Shown one piece after another: positions 1 through 6,945 of a DNA stretch of 25,928 nucleotides. The notes beneath the pieces are model-generated. The model was not told the origin of the DNA. It was given only the letters and a program-made list of their open reading frames with translations, and made no database searches. Source of the DNA: a virus (taxonomy: Duplodnaviria > Caudoviricetes); the IMG/VR virus record IMGVR_UViG_3300016471_000700, positions 1-25,928 of that record. One strand, 5' to 3'. Position numbers and translations under genes: made by a program. Numbering within the stretch: position 1 is the first letter of the stretch; each line of letters starts with the position of its first letter.

Positions 1-204
1 CCAATCTTGTGCATCACAATTCCATTTGCAGCCCCAATTACTGATTGCCCACTCGTACCAACTATTTTCGTTGAGACCCTCCGGCAATGGTCGAAAGTAA
101 TCAAACCAATTTTTGCCTTCATTTTCATTTAAAAATGCTTCAAAGTTGTCAATTTCATTTTTGTCAGCGCGAATAACGATTGTATTGTTACACCAATTAG
201 GCAT
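1..204 (-). CDS. YubB/Api92-like ferredoxin-fold phage protein (N-terminal part; runs off window)
   Basis: Not in ORF track. Manual translation MPNWCNNTIVIR...SWYEWAISNWGCKWNCDAQDW matches the MPNWCxN...NWG(T/C)KW signature; AAGGA RBS upstream. Confidence 0.75.
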   Translation of the reverse strand, partial: MPNWCNNTIVIRADKNEIDNFEAFLNENEGKNWFDYFRPLPEGLNENSWYEWAISNWGCKWNCDAQDW

Positions 205-257
205 GATAGTCCTTATAATGTTGAGGTTTAGGTTTGTTAATCACCTTTAGCGTATTT

Positions 258-608
258 TCAGGGTTTTATTTTACACTTTTTCTTTGCATCACTGAGGTAG
301 TCTTGCCAAAACTTGCCAGAATTTTCGGTTTTACGCAAAAAAGTACCATATATTTTATGGCCCACGAGGTTTTTTATGTATGTTTTTGGGTCGGCAAAAA
401 TAGCCTCAAACTCACCATCAAATTCTGTGTCTCCCGAAGAACTTTTTCGAAAAAAAGCAACATGAAACATATCGCCAATTTTGTTGAAATCAATTGGGTT
501 ACCCATTTCTTGGGTTTTTACCTTAAAAAAGGACACTTCGATTTCATTCGAATTGTCGCCGGGTGTAAAATAAAACCCGTCAAAGGGTTTATTTGAAATT
601 TCCGGCAT
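258..608 (-). CDS. hypothetical phage protein
   Basis: 116-aa ORF co-oriented with neighbours, typical composition. Confidence 0.7.
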   Translation of the reverse strand: MPEISNKPFDGFYFTPGDNSNEIEVSFFKVKTQEMGNPIDFNKIGDMFHVAFFRKSSSGDTEFDGEFEAIFADPKTYIKNLVGHKIYGTFLRKTENSGKFWQDYLSDAKKKCKIKP

Positions 609-741
609 AAACTAGTTCTTTGCGAGTGGCAACTTTTTCAGCAACACGATTAAAATGTTTTTTTGACACCGCCACACGCATACGATACTTAGAAGATCGT
701 AAATCTTTTGTTACCCAATTTCTTGGTTTAATCGTATTCAC
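589..741 (-). CDS. small basic protein, ArfA (alternative ribosome-rescue factor)-like
   Basis: Not in ORF track. GTG start with AAGGA RBS; MNTIKPRNWVTKDLRSSKYRMRVAVSKKHFNRVAEKVATRKELVYAGNFK fills the gap between two genes; N-x5-L-x4-[FY]R-x-RV-x3-KK pattern as in ArfA. Confidence 0.6.
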   Translation of the reverse strand: MNTIKPRNWVTKDLRSSKYRMRVAVSKKHFNRVAEKVATRKELVYAGNFK

Positions 742-961
742 CGTAATTCCTTAAAATCGTTTCAATGGCATCAATTGATTTTTCCATTTGAGGTACATCT
801 TCTGGGTGCAACCATGTATTATTTTTACGATGGCTTTCTAAAGAATCGACCAGTGTGTTTCGATAATTTTTTAAGTTTGCCGTTGTAATTTTATCAGAAA
901 GTTCATTGTCAATTAAAAACCCGTACCCACCTTCCTCTCCCTCAAAAAAATTCACTTTCAT
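728..961 (-). CDS. hypothetical phage protein
   Basis: 77-aa ORF, GGAG RBS. Confidence 0.7.
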   Translation of the reverse strand: MKVNFFEGEEGGYGFLIDNELSDKITTANLKNYRNTLVDSLESHRKNNTWLHPEDVPQMEKSIDAIETILRNYGEYD

Positions 962-985
962 ATTTATTCTCCGTTTTTTGAAATT

Positions 986-1261
986 TTAACCTTGAACTTT
1001 GTGATTTTGCGCCTCTGCCCAAATTTTTGTAATTTCTTCGTTTATTTCGTCGAAATCCAGCATGTTCATAAGCCCACCGGCAATTGAAATAGCCATTAAC
1101 TCTTCCATTGAAAGAGATATATTTTTATCACCGTTATTAAAATTAAAATCAGCGCCCCCACCAGACCACCACTCGGAAAAATGTAAATTCAAAGGGTGTG
1201 AAGAATCGTTGTTTTCGTAAATTCCAACGACGCCATCGGTACGAACATTTGTAAATTTCAT
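986..1261 (-). CDS. hypothetical phage protein
   Basis: Start moved to MKFTNV (ATGA overlap with upstream stop at 1258). Confidence 0.7.
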   Translation of the reverse strand: MKFTNVRTDGVVGIYENNDSSHPLNLHFSEWWSGGGADFNFNNGDKNISLSMEELMAISIAGGLMNMLDFDEINEEITKIWAEAQNHKVQG

Positions 1262-1512
1262 TTTATTTCCCTTACACAAGAAAGTACAGCATTAGCTTCA
1301 ACAAAGCATTTTAAATGCTCAAGGCAATTTTCAATATCAAGAGACTTGGCCTTTTCCGCCAATTCGAGGTCAAATGCATCAAGTAATGATTGTGCATAAA
1401 TTAAATCGTCTTCAGTGCATTTTTCATACCAATTCTGTAATTCTTCTCGACTGCAAGAAAGCAAAAAATTTAAATTATTTCGATCATGAGAATTATTAAT
1501 TAAACCAGTCAT
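1258..1512 (-). CDS. hypothetical phage protein
   Basis: 84-aa ORF, GGAGG RBS. Confidence 0.7.
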   Translation of the reverse strand: MTGLINNSHDRNNLNFLLSCSREELQNWYEKCTEDDLIYAQSLLDAFDLELAEKAKSLDIENCLEHLKCFVEANAVLSCVREIK

Positions 1513-1526
1513 TGTGTTTTTCCTCC

Positions 1527-1778
1527 TTATTGTTCAAAACAATCATCATAATCATTTTCTATCGTGTAAAAATAATCTTCATCGGTGCCAAACCCAGCTG
1601 ACGCCAACGCCGAAGCAGCATCGCCGTCCATAGAGACATCAATATCATTCATCATTTCTGCAGCCTCTAGAACCCAAGAAAGCGGTACATCAAATTTCTC
1701 GGCTATTTGTTCAAATGACATAGCGTCATCGTCGATGGCTTCCTGAAGGTTCAAAATTAAATTTTTAATTCCGCTCAT
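1527..1778 (-). CDS. small acidic protein with HTH-like segment
   Basis: MSFEQIAEKFDVPLSWV resembles a helix-turn-helix; acidic tail SMDGDAASALASAGFGTDEDY. Confidence 0.7.
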   Translation of the reverse strand: MSGIKNLILNLQEAIDDDAMSFEQIAEKFDVPLSWVLEAAEMMNDIDVSMDGDAASALASAGFGTDEDYFYTIENDYDDCFEQ

Positions 1779-1785
1779 TTGCTTC

Positions 1786-2094
1786 TCAAAAAGTGTTTAG
1801 TGTTGGGTTAAATTGTTTGATAAGATCCCGTTCGCGCTGATATGCATTTTTGCGGCCGCGAACTATTTCAATTATTTTATACTGATAAGAGGCTTCTGTA
1901 TTTGCACGAATAAAACTACAAAAAGCCCAGTTCTTGTTTTCACAAAAAGCTCTCGATACATGCTTTTGCCACCGAACCTTAACGGAACGAAGGAATGCAC
2001 GACCGGTAGCCACGGTCAAACCAATGTAAAAGTCGCCGGTGTCCGAGCAGGTCACCGAGTAGAGAACATAGTTTCGATCAGAACGTCTTTTCAT
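1786..2094 (-). CDS. stand-alone GIY-YIG nuclease domain protein
   Basis: VLYSVT...FYIGLT...VRWQKH...AYQRERDLI...PTLN is the GIY-YIG catalytic motif set (Y, YIG, R, H, E, N). Start placed at the ATG 6 nt after the -10 box. Confidence 0.75.
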   Translation of the reverse strand: MKRRSDRNYVLYSVTCSDTGDFYIGLTVATGRAFLRSVKVRWQKHVSRAFCENKNWAFCSFIRANTEASYQYKIIEIVRGRKNAYQRERDLIKQFNPTLNTF

Positions 2095-2100
2095 GCTTCT

Positions 2101-2151
2101 ATTGTAGACCAACCCGCTTCATTTGTCAAGGGCTGTTGCTTTTTTACGACA
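2101..2151 (-). promoter_or_regulatory. sigma70 early promoter P1 with upstream palindrome
   Basis: TTGACA(2124-2129)-17-TACAAT(2101-2106); TGTCG-N8-CAACA at 2134-2151. Confidence 0.85.
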
Positions 2152-2299
2152 GAGCCACCGCCACGGAAGCTCCATTCCAAGCCGACACAAACAAAAATAA
2201 AAACCAAACGAATTTGCTTTTTTCGAGGAGTTCGTTGTTGGCCGATTTATATGTCCATACCGCAAAAAAAATATTTAGAAGAATCCAAAATGTATTCAT
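2144..2299 (-). CDS. small two-TM membrane protein
   Basis: Not in ORF track. MNTFWILLNIFFAVWTYKSANNELLEKSKFVWFLFLFVSAWNGASVAVALS; ATGA-coupled to the kinase stop. Confidence 0.65.
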   Translation of the reverse strand: MNTFWILLNIFFAVWTYKSANNELLEKSKFVWFLFLFVSAWNGASVAVALS

Positions 2300-3072
2300 T
2301 TTACCTCCTCTACAGAAGGTGCATAATTACCAATGTGCTGAACCGTAATCGCCGCAGCACGATTTGCAAACTCAATTGAACAACTCATGTCCTTGCTTAT
2401 CATGTATTGATACACAAGTGCAGCCAAAAAAGTGTCCCCGGCACCACAAACATCCGAAACCTCGACCGATGATGTTGAATAAAAAGATTGACCCTTTGGA
2501 GTTTTATACATCGCTCCTCTGCTACCCAAAGTTACAATTAAAGAATCATTAATGCTCTTTCGGTTATTGTATTCAAGTTTATTTATTTTTACATGAATGC
2601 CTTGAAACATTGCCAAATCTGTTTTTTTCGTGTCTAAAAAAATCGGTCCATCAAATTGTTTTCGAACCTTCTCAATTAATTCATAAGACACATAACCCTT
2701 GTTGTAATCTGATATTACAATGACATCAAAGACCTGAAGGTTATGTGAAATGTCAGTGACCGCAAGAGGCTCGCTAACCCTATCATTATCAATTCGGCAT
2801 ATTTGTTGCTTGCTTCGCCTGTCAATGAGGCGTGTTTTGATGCTAGTGTTTCCGCTAAGGTAGGTTACATCGCATCCAAACTTTTCTAAATTGACCTTTA
2901 CATTCCGTGCCATGCCGGGCCGCTCTTCTTTTGTTCCCATTTTAAACACCGGCACTGGTGCCTCCGGGCTTATTCGATCAACGGTTCCAAATTGGTATAC
3001 ATCAAGGCAATCATCCCCGAGCAATAATACTTTGTATGATTTTGGTTGTTGAGTATTTTTCGATACGCTCAT
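2296..3072 (-). CDS. D-glycero-D-manno-heptose-7-phosphate kinase (RfaE domain I/HldA-like, PfkB family)
   Basis: VLLLGDDCLDVY, RISPEAPVPV, ISDYNKG, DVCGAGDTF motifs. Confidence 0.9.
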   Translation of the reverse strand: MSVSKNTQQPKSYKVLLLGDDCLDVYQFGTVDRISPEAPVPVFKMGTKEERPGMARNVKVNLEKFGCDVTYLSGNTSIKTRLIDRRSKQQICRIDNDRVSEPLAVTDISHNLQVFDVIVISDYNKGYVSYELIEKVRKQFDGPIFLDTKKTDLAMFQGIHVKINKLEYNNRKSINDSLIVTLGSRGAMYKTPKGQSFYSTSSVEVSDVCGAGDTFLAALVYQYMISKDMSCSIEFANRAAAITVQHIGNYAPSVEEVK

Positions 3073-3140
3073 AAGAATAATTTTATATGACCCAAATGAA
3101 GTACATCAAAAGACCCATTGACGAAGACCTTCAATCCCAT
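3011..3140 (-). pseudogene. internally deleted cytidylyltransferase-family nucleotidyltransferase (RfaE domain II/HldC-like)
   Basis: N-terminal frame MGLKVFVNGSFDVLHLGHIKLFL* (3140-3069, HxGH motif) joined out of frame to C-terminal YERIEKYSTTKIIQSIIARG* (stop at 3011). Confidence 0.8.
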
Positions 3141-3460
3141 GTTCGATGCCTTTCGGCTACCCATTCTTTTCCATCGTATTCGGCAATGTACCAATTTACA
3201 CCTTCGGGAACCTTCACGACCTTAAGGTTCTCGTATACTCCATTGGAACCCAACTTTTCAATGGCCTCTACCAACCCTAGGTTATCTCTTGGAATATTCC
3301 AAGAATCCAATCGACTTCCTGAAGTATCCAATAAGTAATCGTACCCATAATCATCAGCGCACCTTGTCCACCCATTGACCTTTGCAATGAATTCACAGAC
3401 CTCTCCTGACAAATTAAAACCTCCAAAATCGGTACTGATGACCACTTTAATTGTTTTCAT
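3131..3460 (-). CDS. conserved hypothetical phage protein
   Basis: KVVI..DFGGFNLS...LKVVKVPEGVNWYIAEYDGKEWVAERHRTW pattern, common in large phages. Confidence 0.8.
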   Translation of the reverse strand: MKTIKVVISTDFGGFNLSGEVCEFIAKVNGWTRCADDYGYDYLLDTSGSRLDSWNIPRDNLGLVEAIEKLGSNGVYENLKVVKVPEGVNWYIAEYDGKEWVAERHRTWD

Positions 3461-3705
3461 TTTTCAAACTCCAATGTGTTATATTGTTTGGACCAATAAT
3501 TTTCTACGGCTTTCTTTGCACTTTGCTCATTGATAAAATTACCTAGAAACTTTTCGCTTGCATTGGTAAACGGAAATTCATCCTCATATATTTTTCCCAT
3601 CCATACCGTTGAATTCATAACATAGTGCCAGGCGCCTCCAAGTATTCTACCATCAGACTCCCGATAGTAGTAATTCATTTGTGCTGTTTCTTTCCATTTA
3701 TTCAT
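3457..3705 (-). CDS. hypothetical phage protein
   Basis: Start at MNKWKE with GGAG RBS; ATGA overlap downstream. Confidence 0.7.
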   Translation of the reverse strand: MNKWKETAQMNYYYRESDGRILGGAWHYVMNSTVWMGKIYEDEFPFTNASEKFLGNFINEQSAKKAVENYWSKQYNTLEFEK

Positions 3706-3719
3706 TATTGTTCTCCATA

Positions 3720-4034
3720 TCATCCAGCATCCAACCTGTGTATTTCTTTTAACCTACCTTTGACGAAATAGGCTGAATATTCCTCCCATTTAGTATGGGA
3801 TTTATCGAGGCTCCTGTAAAACCGAACCTCACCAGTAAAGTTCGCACATAGTACCCACCGAGGGTTTATTTTTTCATAATCGAATAGTGGGTTGCTATCG
3901 TGTTCCTCCACCCATAGAGAAACCAAACCAGTCTCCACATCCATTTGTATTTTATATTCATACAGACATTGAGCTGGTGTAGTCCTGGATTGATACTGAA
4001 ACCCATTGTAAGAAACATAGTCAAACATTCCCAT
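3720..4034 (-). CDS. hypothetical phage protein (MGMFD N-terminus family)
   Basis: 104-aa ORF, AGGAG RBS. Confidence 0.75.
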   Translation of the reverse strand: MGMFDYVSYNGFQYQSRTTPAQCLYEYKIQMDVETGLVSLWVEEHDSNPLFDYEKINPRWVLCANFTGEVRFYRSLDKSHTKWEEYSAYFVKGRLKEIHRLDAG

Positions 4035-4233
4035 AGCTCGTACTCCTAGTGTATTTTGGATCCGGAGGGTTTTTTGGAGCTCGTACTCCGGAGGTTTTTG
4101 GACTCCGGCGGATTTTTTGAGTGAGTGAAATAGAGAGCGTAAGTGGATCCCTTAGTGGATCCCTTGACACCCAGTAAGGGATCCTTAAACCCCATATAGT
4201 TTCAAATCCCATACCAATATATGTAGCCCCCCC
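4035..4233. repeat. repeat/palindrome-rich intergenic element
   Basis: AGCTCGTACTCC x2 (4035, 4078); TCCGG(A/C)GG+T-tract x3 (4061, 4087, 4104); tandem AGTGGATCCCTT (4142-4165) with inverted AAGGGATCC (4176-4184); C8 run at 4227-4234. Confidence 0.8.
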
Positions 4234-4440
4234 CTAGCTCCCCACCTGCTCGATATACTTATGCTCGACTAGCAGCCTCTCAGCAGGTTCCGCCCGCCAT
4301 CGAAGGTTTAGTGGCTTCTCCAGGACCACCGTATGGACTACTTCGCCGCCATACTTCACCCTTGAAAGCTCCACCCGGCCAGACACCGGGTACTCGCCCA
4401 TATAAAGGCCCCGCACGGTGAGGCCTTCAAGATTCCACAT
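4234..4440 (-). CDS. hypothetical early protein
   Basis: 68-aa ORF, GGAGG RBS, TAATG coupling. Confidence 0.75.
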   Translation of the reverse strand: MWNLEGLTVRGLYMGEYPVSGRVELSRVKYGGEVVHTVVLEKPLNLRWRAEPAERLLVEHKYIEQVGS

Positions 4441-4727
4441 TATACAACCTCCACAACGGTTACGGGACCAGCCTTGCGAGCCGCCCTCTTGGCAGCCACA
4501 CCGACCGGACCGATTTTAAGGTTCAACAATTTAGCTTCCAGAGCCGCAATTCGAGCAGCCTTCCGATCAGCACGAGCCGCAGCCTTGATCGCCTTATTGT
4601 CAGCGGTATAGGTTTTGACTTTCGTGGCCAATTCAGCGACCTCAGCCTTCAGAGCTTTAAGGGCCGTACGCTTCGCAGCAAGGGTGTCTTTAAGATTATT
4701 GAGAGAACCAATAGCAGCCATTTTCAA
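4440..4727 (-). CDS. basic Ala/Lys-rich coiled-coil early protein
   Basis: 95-aa ORF, AAGGA RBS. Confidence 0.75.
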   Translation of the reverse strand: MKMAAIGSLNNLKDTLAAKRTALKALKAEVAELATKVKTYTADNKAIKAAARADRKAARIAALEAKLLNLKIGPVGVAAKRAARKAGPVTVVEVV

Positions 4728-4734
4728 TTTCCTT

Positions 4735-4917
4735 TCAAACAGGGATCATTTTCATACCGAACGGACCAACCACCAATTTGCACTCGGTGACGGTCAGAGC
4801 GGGGTTACCATCGACGAAAGCCACAGCAGCGGCGAGGGAGGTAAAAGTGGAGAGGACCTCGTGGCCCACCTCGGAGGGGGTACTTACTACAAACATCATC
4901 ATTTCCTTATTCATCAT
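4735..4917 (-). CDS. hypothetical early protein (MMNKE start)
   Basis: ATG 6 nt after the -10 box of P2. Confidence 0.7.
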   Translation of the reverse strand: MMNKEMMMFVVSTPSEVGHEVLSTFTSLAAAVAFVDGNPALTVTECKLVVGPFGMKMIPV

Positions 4918-4923
4918 GAGCTA

Positions 4924-4973
4924 ATTATATGCGGGTTTGAGGTTTTTGTCAAGCCTGTTGTTTTTAGGCAACA
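4924..4973 (-). promoter_or_regulatory. sigma70 early promoter P2 with palindrome
   Basis: TTGACA(4947-4952)-17-TATAAT(4924-4929); TGTTG-N8-CAACA at 4956-4973. Confidence 0.9.
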
Positions 4974-5161
4974 TCATCAAAATCAAAGGCGTTATCGTAT
5001 TCCTCTTGGAGTATATCAGCAAAGGCCGCATCAACCATCTCCATATCAACGTCATAAAGTTTAGCTATCTCTTCGAGGTTGTATTCACCACGGTTTATTT
5101 CATTCCGGAGCTGGGCCATAACGTCTTGGTAGTTCGACAATTTCATTTCCTTATTCATCAT
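4964..5161 (-). CDS. small acidic HTH-like early protein (MMNKE start)
   Basis: NLEEIAKLYDVDMEMV; start placed just after the -10 box of P3. Confidence 0.7.
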   Translation of the reverse strand: MMNKEMKLSNYQDVMAQLRNEINRGEYNLEEIAKLYDVDMEMVDAAFADILQEEYDNAFDFDDVA

Positions 5162-5168
5162 GTAGCCA

Positions 5169-5237
5169 ATTATACGGGTTTCCAAGCAATTGTCAAGCCC
5201 TTCGGTGCCCTTCGGTGCGTGTTGCTTTATCCCAACA
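5169..5237 (-). promoter_or_regulatory. sigma70 early promoter P3 with palindrome
   Basis: TTGACA(5191-5196)-16-TATAAT(5169-5174); TGTTG-N8-CAACA at 5220-5237; tandem GCCCTTCGGT x2 at 5197-5216. Confidence 0.85.
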
Positions 5238-5412
5238 CCGGGTCGAATTCACAGCCCTCGTCGTAGTCTGGACCATGGTAGCGAGGGTTATTAGCTTCCA
5301 TCATTGCTACCCACTCTTCATCAAGGAGGTCACAATAATTGGAGGCTTCAGCTTCAATAGCCTCTAAAGCTACCTCAGCACACAGCAGGTTTACTTCGGT
5401 ATCATTCATCAT
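5227..5412 (-). CDS. small highly acidic early protein
   Basis: 61 aa with 16 D/E, 1 R, no K; begins ATGATGAAT. Confidence 0.7.
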   Translation of the reverse strand: MMNDTEVNLLCAEVALEAIEAEASNYCDLLDEEWVAMMEANNPRYHGPDYDEGCEFDPVLG

Positions 5413-5420
5413 GTTTTCAA

Positions 5421-5690
5421 TTAATATAAATCAACTTGAACATCAACAGCATGAGTTTTATCATCTTGCCAAACCTCATACCGTGTACTGTACCCAACCG
5501 GAATATCTGTCCCAGTGGCTTTTTTGCGGCTAAATGCAAGTGCGTTCAATGCTTGAATTACAGCAATACGATGCCGATAATACACTAAATCGCCAACGCC
5601 CTTTATTGTGGTGTGAAACCCAACACCATCAACAATGACACGAATTTTTGCACTATTGTGTAGCCCTGGGATCAATTGCTTGGTCTTCAT
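5421..5690 (-). CDS. hypothetical early protein
   Basis: 89-aa ORF, AAGGA RBS. Confidence 0.75.
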   Translation of the reverse strand: MKTKQLIPGLHNSAKIRVIVDGVGFHTTIKGVGDLVYYRHRIAVIQALNALAFSRKKATGTDIPVGYSTRYEVWQDDKTHAVDVQVDLY

Positions 5691-5726
5691 TCCGGTTCCT
5701 TGTTACCTCGATTCATCATGTTTCCA

Positions 5727-5785
5727 ATTATACTGATTACCGGGAAATTGTCAAGAGCGAGTGGTTTTGTTGTTTTAAAGCAACA
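5727..5785 (-). promoter_or_regulatory. sigma70 early promoter P4 with palindrome
   Basis: TTGACA(5749-5754)-16-TATAAT(5727-5732); TGTTG-N8-CAACA at 5768-5785. Confidence 0.85.
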
Positions 5786-5790
5786 ACCCT

Positions 5791-6474
5791 TCAAGCAGCA
5801 ATTGCAACTCCCCTGTGCTCGCGGTGATAACGGCCTACTTCCGCACGAAGGCTGTTAAAACCCTCTTTAGCACGTGAGGTTGCAAGAGTTTTTACATAAT
5901 CGCTATCAACCACAGGTGCAACCACCTCGCAATTCCGCGCCCAAACCCACAAGATATTTTTGTGTGTAGGGTACTGTTTTCCGTTTTTGGCGGTGTATGT
6001 GGTCATAACATCATCGAGTGCTATGCCCAGCTTATACTCAAGCAGTGTCCTCCACCCAGCACTATAAGGGCGTTCAATGGCAACTACAACTTTACCAACC
6101 GTTCCTTGGCCTGTGCGCCCACGGACGACCTTAACAACTCGGCCCTTTACAGTAACATCTTTAGCTTCGGACTGAGCAGCGCCCATGCAGGTATCGAAGT
6201 GCCTTTTGAAGGAGGCGGCTAAATACTCAGCCTCAATACTTTCAAGGTTTCCATCAATTGTGACCTCGGCGCTTCCATCGAGCATATGCTTTACGATAGA
6301 GGAAGTATTTGAATTCCAGTAATAAGCGCTTGTAATATACTCCCAAACATCGGACATAATACGTTCCGACTCTGTTTTGGTATATAATGTGGTTCCAACT
6401 CCAACCGTAAACTCTTTTTTAATTGGCTCAAAAGAATCTGGAGTATAATCGACCGTACGGGTATACTTAATCAC
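5791..6474 (-). CDS. hypothetical early protein (possible KOW/SH3-like segment)
   Basis: 227-aa ORF; KGRVVKVVRGRTGQGTVGKVV resembles a KOW motif. Confidence 0.75.
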   Translation of the reverse strand: MIKYTRTVDYTPDSFEPIKKEFTVGVGTTLYTKTESERIMSDVWEYITSAYYWNSNTSSIVKHMLDGSAEVTIDGNLESIEAEYLAASFKRHFDTCMGAAQSEAKDVTVKGRVVKVVRGRTGQGTVGKVVVAIERPYSAGWRTLLEYKLGIALDDVMTTYTAKNGKQYPTHKNILWVWARNCEVVAPVVDSDYVKTLATSRAKEGFNSLRAEVGRYHREHRGVAIAA

Positions 6475-6522
6475 TTTGTTTCCCTTTGACTCTGCGCCTC
6501 ATCATTATTCCAATCACCACCA

Positions 6523-6888
6523 TTACGCCACTCCAGTCCAAGATAGATTTCCATATTGCTTTTTCACTATATTTCCTCGAGCAAAGTTACGGGCCGGTGC
6601 GGTCCAACTATTGGCTTTCAGTATATCGCCCTTTTTAAACTCTCGGTCTTTATCGGTATTGACAATGAAGCTATGTACTGAATTCTTCGTGATAACCTTT
6701 ATATACTTGTTACCTACTTCAAAGCGTAGGTTAGCACAAAAATCATCATACATTTCAGCACGGATGGCCTTGGTTGTATCGTCAGCACCATTATTCATTT
6801 TGATATGGTGGTCGGCATAGCTGGTGCGTATGGCGGTGAGGTAATCGGTAAGGTGGTTATCGGTCATCGTTGTTTCCTTATTCATCAT
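6523..6888 (-). CDS. conserved hypothetical early phage protein
   Basis: KYIKVI...SVHSFIV...KKGDILKANSWTAPARNFARGNI family. Start is MMNKE (6888) or the internal ATG at 6867. Confidence 0.8.
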   Translation of the reverse strand: MMNKETTMTDNHLTDYLTAIRTSYADHHIKMNNGADDTTKAIRAEMYDDFCANLRFEVGNKYIKVITKNSVHSFIVNTDKDREFKKGDILKANSWTAPARNFARGNIVKKQYGNLSWTGVA

Positions 6889-6894
6889 GGAGTA

Positions 6895-6945
6895 ATGGTA
6901 CAACGGAGGTGGGAAATTGTCAAGGCGTGTTGTTTTTTTGCAACA
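6895..6945 (-). promoter_or_regulatory. sigma70 early promoter P5 with palindrome
   Basis: TTGACA(6918-6923)-17-TACCAT(6895-6900); TGTTG-N8-CAACA at 6928-6945. Confidence 0.85.

Noticed and set aside
4021-4212. 63-aa minus-strand ORF across the repeat element
   Set aside because: Its translation just mirrors the DNA repeats (RDPLRDPL, Pro-rich) and it has no convincing RBS; treated as non-coding, though not excluded.
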